A stretch of 64,000 bases of DNA from positions 201,295 to 265,294 of the forward strand of contig JBAZWB010000001.1 of NCBI GenBank assembly GCA_041660605.1. Direction: 5' to 3'. The DNA comes from Patescibacteria group bacterium. GTDB taxonomy: Bacteria; Patescibacteriota; Patescibacteriia; UBA10025; JAHIVO01. The notes under the pieces were generated by a model. The model did no database searches, was not told where the DNA came from, and saw only the letters and a program-made list of their open reading frames with translations. Every line of letters starts with the position of its first letter. Position 1 is the stretch's first letter. Position numbers and translations under genes: made by a program. Below are positions 1-8,424 of this stretch, one piece after another.

Positions 1-1292
1 TCAAAGAAGATGATATTTTCCTGGCCGGCCTGACAATCAAGAAAGACAGGAGTGTCGGCTATATCGATCGTTTCCGCCACCGGCTGATGTTCCCGATCTG
101 GGATATCCACGGCAATGTCATTGGCTTCGGCGGCCGCTGGCTGGGCGCGGAAAACGACAAAATGGCCAAATACATAAATACTCCGCAAACCGATATTTAT
201 AATAAAAGCCAGGTCCTTTACGGCATTGATAAAGCCAGGCAGGAAATAAAAAAGCAGAAATTGGCCGTCATAGTTGAGGGATATATGGATTGCCTGGCTT
301 CACATCAGGCTGGGGTAATAAACGTGGTCGCTTCTTCCGGCACAGCCCTGACGCTGGAACAGGTGAAATTGCTGAAGCGTTATACTACCAATCTGGCTTT
401 TGCCTTTGACCAGGATCTGGCCGGCGACAGCGCCGCCAAGCGCGGCATTGAGATCGCCTGGCAGGAGGAAATGAACACAAAAATAATTCAGCTGCCGCAG
501 GGCAAGGATCCCGATGAATTGCTGAAAATTGAACCAGCCGCCTGGCCCCGGGCGATTGTTCAGGCCCAATCCGTTATGGAATATTATTTTCAGAAGACTT
601 TTTCCAAGCTGGATCTGAAAAGCGTGGACAATAAAAAAGAAACTGCCCGGATATTACTGCCGGTAATCGCCAAGCTGTCCGATACTATAGAGCAGTCGCA
701 TTATGTCCAAAAATTGGCGGGCCTGCTGAACGTTGAGGAAAGCGTCATCAGGGATAAGCTGAAAAGAATGCAGCTGCAGAAGTCCGGTAAAGCCGACCAG
801 CAGGCAAGCGAACCCGCATACCAGTCTAAAGACCGCTTCATCGCTTTGTCGGAAAATATCATCGGTACGGTGCTGAAAGATAATGAAAAATTTGATGTCA
901 TCGCTGAGCAGCTGCTGCCAGAGCATGTGCCGCTGGAAAAACTAAGCAGGCTTTACAAATTGATGCTAATTTATTATACTAAAAATCAAGCTTTCAACTA
1001 CAAAGAATTTATATCCTCAATACCACAGGCGGACAAGGAACTGGCTACTTATGCGGAGATCTTATCATTAAAGGCCGAACAGGATAACGGTGAGGCCAGT
1101 GAAGATTTTGTTATCCAGGAGATCCGTTCCGGCGTCCACCAAGTGGCGAGAAACCACCTCCAAAAGTCCCTCAAGGGCATAGAGGAGGCTCTGCGTCAGG
1201 CTGAGAAAAGCAATAATAAGCAAAAAGCCGAGCAACTGAACCGCGATTTTTCCGATAAAATCAGCGAGCTCAAACAGCTTGATAATGAGTAA
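1..1292 (+). CDS. dnaG: DNA primase DnaG, C-terminal portion (5' end lies upstream of the window)
   Basis: Frame 3 is open from the window edge. It contains a TOPRIM-like segment '[26 protein letters not shown]' and '[16 protein letters not shown]', and lies directly upstream of rpoD in the classic dnaG-rpoD arrangement. Confidence 0.8.
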   Translation, partial: KEDDIFLAGLTIKKDRSVGYIDRFRHRLMFPIWDIHGNVIGFGGRWLGAENDKMAKYINTPQTDIYNKSQVLYGIDKARQEIKKQKLAVIVEGYMDCLASHQAGVINVVASSGTALTLEQVKLLKRYTTNLAFAFDQDLAGDSAAKRGIEIAWQEEMNTKIIQLPQGKDPDELLKIEPAAWPRAIVQAQSVMEYYFQKTFSKLDLKSVDNKKETARILLPVIAKLSDTIEQSHYVQKLAGLLNVEESVIRDKLKRMQLQKSGKADQQASEPAYQSKDRFIALSENIIGTVLKDNEKFDVIAEQLLPEHVPLEKLSRLYKLMLIYYTKNQAFNYKEFISSIPQADKELATYAEILSLKAEQDNGEASEDFVIQEIRSGVHQVARNHLQKSLKGIEEALRQAEKSNNKQKAEQLNRDFSDKISELKQLDNE

Positions 1293-1306
1293 TATTTTTA
1301 TATAGA

Positions 1307-2518
1307 ATGATGCACAAAAAAATAAAAAAGAAAATAAAGAAGCGAAAAACAACGGCAAAAAGAGACCCCGCTAAAAAAACGCCAAGAAAAAAGAAGAACA
1401 CCGGCAGAAAAACAGAAGTTTCGCCTGTTATCAAACCCATTGATCAGGAAAAAATAAAACGCCTCATTACCAAGGGCCATTCCCGTGGATTTTTAACGGA
1501 AACTGAAATTTTATATAATTTCCCGGATTTAGAGGAATATGTCCCGGAGTTTGAGGCTTTTCTGGACAGACTGGAGTCAGTCGGCGTACAGGTTATCGAG
1601 GGTGCAGGTCATTTTCTGCAAACCGAGCCGGTAAAAGAGGTGAAACCCACCAGGAAGACCGTTGATAAGCGCCGTCTGGATTTGTCCGATATTTCCAATG
1701 ATTCCATACAGATGTATCTGCGTGAAATCGGTAAAGTTCCGCTGTTATCAGGCGATGAAGAACTGCAGCTGGCTAAAAGGAAGGAAAAAGGCGATGTGGA
1801 AGCTCAGCAGAAGCTGGTGGAAGCAAACTTACGCCTGGTCGTTTCCATTGCCAAGAAATTTACCGGCCGTTCGCTGTCTTTATTAGATTTGATCCAGGAG
1901 GGAAATATCGGGTTGTTCCGGGCTGTGGAAAAATTTGATTATCGTAAGGGTTATAAATTTTCCACTTACGCCACCTGGTGGATCCGCCAGGCCATCACCC
2001 GCGCGCTGGCCGACCAGTCCAGGACCATCAGGATTCCGGTGCATATGGTGGAGACGATCAATAAATTCCAGCAGGTAGAGCGGCAATTGATACAGGATCT
2101 GGGACGCGAACCGATGCCCGAGGAAATTGCCGCGGAAATGGACGAACCGGTAGAAAAGATTTATCATATAATGAAAATATCTCAGGATACGGTTTCCCTG
2201 GAGACTTCCGTCGGCGACAGCGATGACGAGGATTCCGTGCTGAGCGATTTCATAGAAGACGTAAAAACCGTAACGCCTGACCGGGTAGCGGCCATGCAGT
2301 TGCTGAAAGATCATGTCCGTGATATTATCAGGCAATTGTCGCCGCGAGAGCAGAAAATACTGGAAATGCGCTTCGGGCTGACTGACGGCGTTTCCCATAC
2401 GCTGGAGGAAGTCGGACAGGAATTCGGCGTGACCCGCGAACGCATCCGCCAGATTGAGGCCAAGGCTCTGGAAAAGATAGAAGACCATCAGGGCATGAGG
2501 AAATTGAAGGACTACTAA
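1307..2518 (+). CDS. rpoD: RNA polymerase primary sigma factor (sigma-70/RpoD)
   Basis: Region 2 '[40 protein letters not shown]', region 1.2 '[16 protein letters not shown]' and a region 4 HTH '[20 protein letters not shown]'. Confidence 0.9.
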   Translation: MMHKKIKKKIKKRKTTAKRDPAKKTPRKKKNTGRKTEVSPVIKPIDQEKIKRLITKGHSRGFLTETEILYNFPDLEEYVPEFEAFLDRLESVGVQVIEGAGHFLQTEPVKEVKPTRKTVDKRRLDLSDISNDSIQMYLREIGKVPLLSGDEELQLAKRKEKGDVEAQQKLVEANLRLVVSIAKKFTGRSLSLLDLIQEGNIGLFRAVEKFDYRKGYKFSTYATWWIRQAITRALADQSRTIRIPVHMVETINKFQQVERQLIQDLGREPMPEEIAAEMDEPVEKIYHIMKISQDTVSLETSVGDSDDEDSVLSDFIEDVKTVTPDRVAAMQLLKDHVRDIIRQLSPREQKILEMRFGLTDGVSHTLEEVGQEFGVTRERIRQIEAKALEKIEDHQGMRKLKDY

Positions 2519-2524
2519 TACATT

Positions 2525-2556
2525 CGGGAAACCCTTTTTGAGAAAAAGTGTTTCCC
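2525..2556 (+). terminator. Long near-perfect hairpin just after the rpoD stop (cgggaaac-cctttttgagaaaaagt-gtttcccg), with no clear U-tract
   Basis: Inverted repeat read directly from the sequence 7 nt after the rpoD stop. Confidence 0.35.
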
Positions 2557-2733
2557 GGCACCTTTCGTAAAAAAGTCAGAGTGTTCGCGAACTTCAGGAC
2601 CTGGCCGAAGGCCACCCAAAGTTCGCTCACAGATTTGAAAAGTAGATTATACTGCTCGCCTTGGGACCCCTGCTAGAGGCAGGCAAGCGTGAGCTCACGA
2701 TCAATAGGGTTTTAATTAATTATCTACAACATT

Positions 2734-3159
2734 ATGACAAGTCCGGAATATAATCAGGGTCCCGGAGAGCCAAGGGATGAAAGATCTGAGGCGGTTCGGG
2801 CGTCGAATCTCATAAAACGACTGGAAAGATCAAAGATGTTTCCTGCCAATTATTATCGTGATTCTTATCATAGGAAAGATAATTTATCCGTAGCCCTTCA
2901 AAAGTCGACTGAAATATTGCTTAGGGCGCTTGAAGACGAAGACTGGGATTTTATAGATATGCACATAACAGGTGCGCTGGCGCGCGGGTTCGATGATCAA
3001 GGGAAAATGAGCTGGATCCAAAAAAGAGAGTACAGGCAAGTAGTACTGGAACCAATGGTTGCCTATGTTGAAGCCGCGGTAGAGGATGGAACGCTTGAGC
3101 AAGAAAAAGGCGAGGCAATAAAACAAAGCATTAATAGCATTTTTAATAGAGTGAATTAA
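2734..3159 (+). CDS. Hypothetical protein (141 aa)
   Basis: Intact ORF; no recognisable motif. Confidence 0.4.
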   Translation: MTSPEYNQGPGEPRDERSEAVRASNLIKRLERSKMFPANYYRDSYHRKDNLSVALQKSTEILLRALEDEDWDFIDMHITGALARGFDDQGKMSWIQKREYRQVVLEPMVAYVEAAVEDGTLEQEKGEAIKQSINSIFNRVN

Positions 3160-3201
3160 TTATTGCTGGAAGCTTATTGGTCAGCAGTAGATTGATTGGA
3201 A

Positions 3202-3242
3202 AAATAAGTAATTTAACAATTCAATACGCATCAGCCCGCCCG
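3202..3242. repeat. 41-bp direct repeat copy A (aaataagtaatttaacaattcaatacgcatcagcccgcccg)
   Basis: Identical over 40 of 41 nt to copy B at 5499..5539. A 15-nt core (cgcatcagcccgcc) recurs inverted near 6044..6059. Confidence 0.7.
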
Positions 3243-3322
3243 CAACGACTTCGTCGTGCGAAGTCGGGCGAATTGCCAGGTGACCTGTTTCTCTCATAAT
3301 CTAATCCATAACTAAGATATTT

Positions 3323-4426
3323 ATGGAATCACAATTTGGAACAAATACTACGACTTTTTACATTATCCTACCAATTCTAGTCATTGCCGCGGTGGCCATT
3401 GTGTGGTTCGTTTTAAAACTGAAAATGACACCATGGCAAAGAGTAGCGATCACGGTAGGGAGCCTCTTTGCTTTTCTTGGATTCGCAGTGGTTGTACTGG
3501 GTGTGTATTATCAGGTTAATGAGCCGTTTGCCAGCTCGTTTAAATTTTACGCCTTTACGGCATTTGCTCCGGATCAGCGCGATCCCTTTACCGAGCACAG
3601 CGAAACTCAGTCCGTGCTGATGATGCGCACGGTCGGATTTAGTGATGGGGAAGTACGGACGCAATATCATCCGAATCCATACGCTCCTACGATTACCTAT
3701 TTGTTTGTGCCGGGTAAATTTATCACAGCAAATCTTCAAGATAACGTATTAACCTATTTTATCAATAAAGAAGAAGCGGTAGAGAACACTTCACTCTGGT
3801 GGGCGTTGACCAAAGACATGCAGACGATGACATCCGATGCGGCCAATCAGGATCTAGCAACCACTCAGTATCTCGATCTCGGGCATGATTTTTCAAGCCA
3901 AGTGCCGACCGGATGGAAACTGGAAGGCTCGGAGTCAGATGCCATAAACACTGTAAAATTCGGATCACCGGCTGAACGATATAACTTCATTCCCAACACA
4001 GAAAGTATGGATTCAAATGATATGTATACCGGTCCCTTTATTAGCACCTCCTCATTTACCATTGACAGCAGATTGTCGGCTCGTGATGTAGCCAATCTGA
4101 TTCAGGATAGTTCGTCTGCAGACAAGATAGACAATGGCACTGACGAGTGTATATTCTCTGCCGATGTTAGCGTTACCGGTATCGGATATTATGCGTATCT
4201 ATCTGACAATACAGATCTTACGCAATGCGCAGACCAGGGAACTGAAATCGGCAAAAGCATGACACTGGTCCTCAAGAACGAAGGGGATGATCGAGCGGTA
4301 ACGGTGGCGCTTACAGCTAAAAATGATTCAGAGTTTGACGCAGCTTATTATAGTCTTCGTGAGTTTGTAAATTTGATGAATTTGGATAATACTTTATTTC
4401 AATTAAGTCAATTTGGTGCGTCCTAA
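3323..4426 (+). CDS. Hypothetical membrane-anchored/secreted protein (367 aa, two N-terminal TM helices)
   Basis: Hydrophobic N-terminal stretches 'FYIILPILVIAAVAIVWFVL' and 'GSLFAFLGFAVVVLGVYY'. The gene is AT-rich and lies inside the repeat-flanked cassette. Confidence 0.45.
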   Translation: MESQFGTNTTTFYIILPILVIAAVAIVWFVLKLKMTPWQRVAITVGSLFAFLGFAVVVLGVYYQVNEPFASSFKFYAFTAFAPDQRDPFTEHSETQSVLMMRTVGFSDGEVRTQYHPNPYAPTITYLFVPGKFITANLQDNVLTYFINKEEAVENTSLWWALTKDMQTMTSDAANQDLATTQYLDLGHDFSSQVPTGWKLEGSESDAINTVKFGSPAERYNFIPNTESMDSNDMYTGPFISTSSFTIDSRLSARDVANLIQDSSSADKIDNGTDECIFSADVSVTGIGYYAYLSDNTDLTQCADQGTEIGKSMTLVLKNEGDDRAVTVALTAKNDSEFDAAYYSLREFVNLMNLDNTLFQLSQFGAS

Positions 4427-4587
4427 TTTAAGGTGCAGAGAATATATTCTCAAGAAAAAAAGCTATAATAATGGGGTTTTATAAAAGTGAAAATATGTTT
4501 CCCATCAGCATATATCAATTAGACGCGAACGTTCAGATGAGTTATTATCAATATTACAATCAGTATAGTTAAACATAAAATCGTACA

Positions 4588-5253
4588 TTGACTAATAATA
4601 CTCTTATGAAAATAAAATACCTTTTAATCCTAGTAGCCGTGGTAATTGTTTCTGCCGCATTATATGTTTTTGTAATTCTGCCCAATAACGAGGATGGCGC
4701 TACCGATGATAGTCAAGCAAATGGCAATAGTAATTCATCTTTATCAATGACAACTTATCAAAATGATGAGTATCGTTTTACTTTAAGCTATCCATCTGGC
4801 TGGCGGCACAACTCAGTTGATACCAGTGATGCGGCCAGCGGTCCGTATTTTCCGTTTGTATCAATGGCCTTGGAAGAATTTGGATCTGATGATGTTAAAC
4901 AGTCAAAAATTCCTTTCACGGAAAATGATCAACGAATTCATTTTGGTATTGAAGTATATGAGATACCAGAAGAATATTCATCCGAAGGCCTAAAAAGTGA
5001 GTTGGGGTATACTAATACTAATACAAGAGCTAATATATATAAGGGCATGTTTGGTAATTATAGAGCTTTGGTAATGGTGATAGACGATACCAACCATGAA
5101 ATAGAATCAGCTCGCATGTTTAGCCAAAGCTATTTGATACAAAAAAATAGCCTGTGGTATAAAGTTAGTGTTACTGCTCGTCGAGAATCAGTGATAAATG
5201 AAAACAGTACTCTAATTAAGCAAATAGAAAATTCATTTAGGATACTAGAATGA
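4588..5253 (+). CDS. Hypothetical secreted protein with an N-terminal signal anchor (221 aa)
   Basis: N-terminal 'LLILVAVVIVSAALYVFVIL' followed by an AT-rich coding region. Confidence 0.45.
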   Translation: MTNNTLMKIKYLLILVAVVIVSAALYVFVILPNNEDGATDDSQANGNSNSSLSMTTYQNDEYRFTLSYPSGWRHNSVDTSDAASGPYFPFVSMALEEFGSDDVKQSKIPFTENDQRIHFGIEVYEIPEEYSSEGLKSELGYTNTNTRANIYKGMFGNYRALVMVIDDTNHEIESARMFSQSYLIQKNSLWYKVSVTARRESVINENSTLIKQIENSFRILE

Positions 5254-5296
5254 ATAGTATATAGGGTGCGGTATTGACGCGCGTCGTGTTGAATTA

Positions 5297-5485
5297 ATGG
5301 GCGACAATGATTTATCTATCGGTACTTTTTTCATTGATCCACAGGGTAATTATTATAATTTCAACATCGAAATTTTTCCACCCACTTTAGCTGGTGAAAC
5401 AATTGGCACTCATTCGCAGGCGTATCTTGATTCTGTCCGTGATACCTATGATAGTATTATTGAGAGTTTCAAGTTTATAAATTGA
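5297..5485 (+). CDS. Small hypothetical protein (62 aa)
   Basis: ORF only. Confidence 0.25.
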   Translation: MGDNDLSIGTFFIDPQGNYYNFNIEIFPPTLAGETIGTHSQAYLDSVRDTYDSIIESFKFIN

Positions 5486-5498
5486 TACTCTTTAAATA

Positions 5499-5539
5499 AA
5501 ATAAGCAATTTAACAATTCAATACGCATCAGCCCGCCCG
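5499..5539. repeat. 41-bp direct repeat copy B
   Basis: Matches 3202..3242. It lies about 95 nt upstream of tRNA-Asn. Confidence 0.7.
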
Positions 5540-5634
5540 ATACGCTTCGCTAAAGCAACGCGGGGCAAGCAATGGCCCCGCTAGTCAGCGGGGTAAATGC
5601 CGCAACCAAAATATTTTAAATTAAAATACTCTCC

Positions 5635-5706
5635 TCCGCGATAGCTCAATGGTAGAGCAACCGGCTGTTAACCGGTAGGCTGTCGGTTCGAATCCGACTC
5701 GCGGAG
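5635..5706 (+). tRNA. tRNA-Asn (anticodon GTT)
   Basis: Hand-folded cloverleaf: acceptor TCCGCGA/TCGCGGA, D arm GCTC-AATGGTA-GAGC, anticodon arm ACCGG-CTGTTAA-CCGGT, T arm GTCGG-TTCGAAT-CCGAC and discriminator G. No CCA is encoded. The 5' end resembles E. coli tRNA-Asn (UCCUCUG...). Confidence 0.8.
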
Positions 5707-5802
5707 GAGAGTATTTTTTGTTTTAAATGGGCTGCCTGCCCCGCCGAATGGCGGGGTTAACCCCGTATCACAGTTCACTTCGTTCACTGTTCACGGGGCA
5801 AG

Positions 5803-5820
5803 CCGGTAGGCTGTCGGTTC
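5803..5820 (+). repeat. 18-nt duplicate of the tRNA-Asn 3' half (ccggtaggctgtcggttc; original at 5672..5689)
   Basis: Exact 18-nt direct repeat read from the sequence, about 115 nt downstream of the tRNA copy. Confidence 0.7.
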
Positions 5821-6211
5821 TCCCGCCATAAAATTATTTAATTAATAATGAAGGCGGGATCCGCCTCCCTTCGGGTCTGAGCCCCTCAGGGTCGAAGACT
5901 GGCGGAGAATCTTGAGATCAAAAATATAATCAAATGACGAAATCCCGCCGCAAGGCGGGGCGACTCGCCCCGATAGAAATCGGAGATTTCGTACGGGGCT
6001 CGCGGAGTTAGGTGCCTGCCCGCTTTACATTGCAAAAGCAAGGCAGGCGGGCTGATGCGGGGCATGGAGACAATGGAACCTAGCTAGAAGTAATAAACCA
6101 CTGCCTGTCGTGTGGTAATTTTGTAATTTCTAATAGGATTGATTTTTAGCATAAATAATGGGATAATGTCAGCACTGGTTAAGAATCCTATTTTTATTTT
6201 TTATTTATAAT

Positions 6212-6964
6212 ATGTCCCAATACTACAACCCCCAGCGAAAACGCAATCTCTACGACCCAAAAAGTCCGGCTGTGTTCCGGCTTAGCCGTTCGCAAATTGA
6301 TTTATTTTTGAATTGTCAGCGCTGTTTCTATCTTGACCGGCGGCTTGGGGTTGGCCGGCCGCCTGGCTATCCCTTTACGCTGAATTCAGCGGTTGATGAA
6401 CTTTTGAAGCGTGAGTTTGATATTCATCGTGCAAATGGCACGAAACACCCGTTGCAGAAAAAATACGGCATAGACGCCGTTCCGCTGGCGCATGAAAAAA
6501 TGGACGAATGGCGCGACGCCTTGCGGCATGGCATTGCTTTTCATCACGACCGCACAAATTTTTTAATTACCGGCGGCATTGATGATGTCTGGGTCAGGCC
6601 AAACGGCGAATTAATCATCGTTGATTACAAGGCCACATCAAAAAAAGAAGAAGTGAATCTTGATGCTGACTGGCAGATCGGGTACAAGCGGCAGATGGAA
6701 GTCTATCAATGGCTCTTCCGGCAAAACAGGTTTAAGGTTTCCAAAACAGGATACTTCGTCTACTGCAATGGCAACAGCGATGCCAAAGCTTTTGACGGGA
6801 AACTGGAATTTGACGTAAAAGTAATCCCATATGAGGGTGATGATTCATGGGTAGAGCAGGCAATTATTGACGCTCACGCTTGCCTGAATGGCAATAAAAT
6901 TCCCAGGGCTGGCCAGGATTGCGATTATTGCAGTTATATCGCGGCAATAAACAGTAAAAGTTGA
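6212..6964 (+). CDS. PD-(D/E)XK nuclease of the Cas4/RecB-like family with a 4-Cys cluster
   Basis: N-terminal 'SRSQIDLFLNCQRCFYL' (Cas4/AddB-type S.S...C..C), motif 'IIVDYKATS' (hhDYK), 'KRQMEVYQWLF' (Q..Y) and a C-terminal 'CDYCSY'. Confidence 0.6.
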   Translation: MSQYYNPQRKRNLYDPKSPAVFRLSRSQIDLFLNCQRCFYLDRRLGVGRPPGYPFTLNSAVDELLKREFDIHRANGTKHPLQKKYGIDAVPLAHEKMDEWRDALRHGIAFHHDRTNFLITGGIDDVWVRPNGELIIVDYKATSKKEEVNLDADWQIGYKRQMEVYQWLFRQNRFKVSKTGYFVYCNGNSDAKAFDGKLEFDVKVIPYEGDDSWVEQAIIDAHACLNGNKIPRAGQDCDYCSYIAAINSKS

Positions 6965-8349
6965 TGAGACAGGCAGAAGCTTTGGAAATACTAAAAATGG
7001 GGCATAATGTGTTTTTAACCGGCCCGGCAGGCAGCGGCAAGACTTTTTTGTTGAATAAATATATTGGTTATTTAAAGAAAAATAAAGTTGAAATGGCGAT
7101 TACCGCTTCGACAGGGCTGGCGGCTACCCATTTAAACGGCCGGACCATCCATTCCTGGTGCGGCATGGGAATCAGCCAGAGCCTGGATGACGCGCAAATT
7201 AATCATTTGAAAAAAAAGAAACATTTAAATTCAAGCATCAGGCAGGCCAAGGTTTTGATAATAGACGAGATCTCCATGCTTAACGCCAAGCGCCTGGATC
7301 TGGTTAATGCTATTTGCCAGGCTTTCCGGCAGGATGCCAGGCCGTTTGGCGGGATTCAAGTAATTTTTTGCGGAGATTTTTTTCAGCTCCCACCGGTAAC
7401 CAGGAACGAAGATGAAGATGGACGTTTTGTCATTGAGTCGGAGATATGGGGCAATATGGATATAAAGATTTGCTATCTTGAGGAGCAGCACCGGCAAGCA
7501 GACAGGCGGTTTCTGAAAGTATTGAATGATATCAGGTCTAACCAAGTCACGCCCGGTACTGTAAATATTTTGAAAACAAGATTTAATAAGCCGATAGAAA
7601 ATAAAATAAGGCCGACCAAATTATATACGCACAACCATAGCGTTGACGCCGAGAATTTTTCTGAATTAGACAAACTAGAGGGGGCAGAGGTGCCTTATGA
7701 AATGCGCTCTGAGGGCGTACAGCACCTGGTCAAAAGCCTCAAGGACAGCTACTGCCTGGCTCCCGAGACCCTGAAGCTGAAAATTAACGCGGTGGTCATG
7801 TTTGTTAAGAATAATTTTACCAAGGGGTATATCAACGGCACTTTGGGCAGGGTAACGGGATTTGACGGAGAAAGCGGCTTTCCCGTCGTAGAAACGATTT
7901 CCGGCGATAAAATCATCGCCTCTCCCGAAAAGTGGGGCATAGAAGACAATGGCAGCGTTATCGCCTCAGTTATCCAGGTGCCGCTCAGGCTGGCCTGGGC
8001 TATCACGGTCCATAAAAGCCAGGGGATGAGCCTGGATTGCGCGGAAATGGATTTAAGCAAAACATTTGAATACGGCATGGGTTACGTTGCCTTATCCAGA
8101 GTAAAAGCATTGTCAGGCATAAAATTGTCAGGCCTAAACGATTTGGCATTAAAAGTAAATCAAAAAATCGTTGATCTGGATAAAGATTTTTTCAGGATGT
8201 CGCAGAAGCTATTGAAAGGATTAAAGACATTAAGCAAGAAAGAAAAGAAGGATAGGCAGAAGAAATTTATACAAAATAACAGGATTACTGACGACGTGCT
8301 GTATAATTTCAGAACGGAAAGCGCAACAGTCGATGATATTCCATTTTAA
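6961..8349 (+). CDS. Pif1-family SF1B DNA helicase
   Basis: Walker A 'GPAGSGKTF', 'ITASTGLAATHL', 'TIHSWCG', Walker B 'LIIDEISML', the Pif1 signature 'DFFQLPPV' and 'VHKSQGMSLD'. The start overlaps the nuclease stop by 4 nt. Confidence 0.8.
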   Translation: MMRQAEALEILKMGHNVFLTGPAGSGKTFLLNKYIGYLKKNKVEMAITASTGLAATHLNGRTIHSWCGMGISQSLDDAQINHLKKKKHLNSSIRQAKVLIIDEISMLNAKRLDLVNAICQAFRQDARPFGGIQVIFCGDFFQLPPVTRNEDEDGRFVIESEIWGNMDIKICYLEEQHRQADRRFLKVLNDIRSNQVTPGTVNILKTRFNKPIENKIRPTKLYTHNHSVDAENFSELDKLEGAEVPYEMRSEGVQHLVKSLKDSYCLAPETLKLKINAVVMFVKNNFTKGYINGTLGRVTGFDGESGFPVVETISGDKIIASPEKWGIEDNGSVIASVIQVPLRLAWAITVHKSQGMSLDCAEMDLSKTFEYGMGYVALSRVKALSGIKLSGLNDLALKVNQKIVDLDKDFFRMSQKLLKGLKTLSKKEKKDRQKKFIQNNRITDDVLYNFRTESATVDDIPF

Positions 8350-8424
8350 TAATTTTATAAAACGGCATATAATTATTATTCAGAATACAGCCTGGCCGTA
8401 TAATTTAAATAAAGACACCCTCAC

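Noticed and set aside
5710-6110. tmRNA, RNase P RNA or SRP RNA in the GC-rich hairpin block
   Set aside because: Hallmark conserved blocks (RNase P 'GGAAAGTCCGGGCT', the SRP 'AGGTCAGG...GAAGCAGCC' motif, a tmRNA tag ORF ending ...ALAA) are absent.
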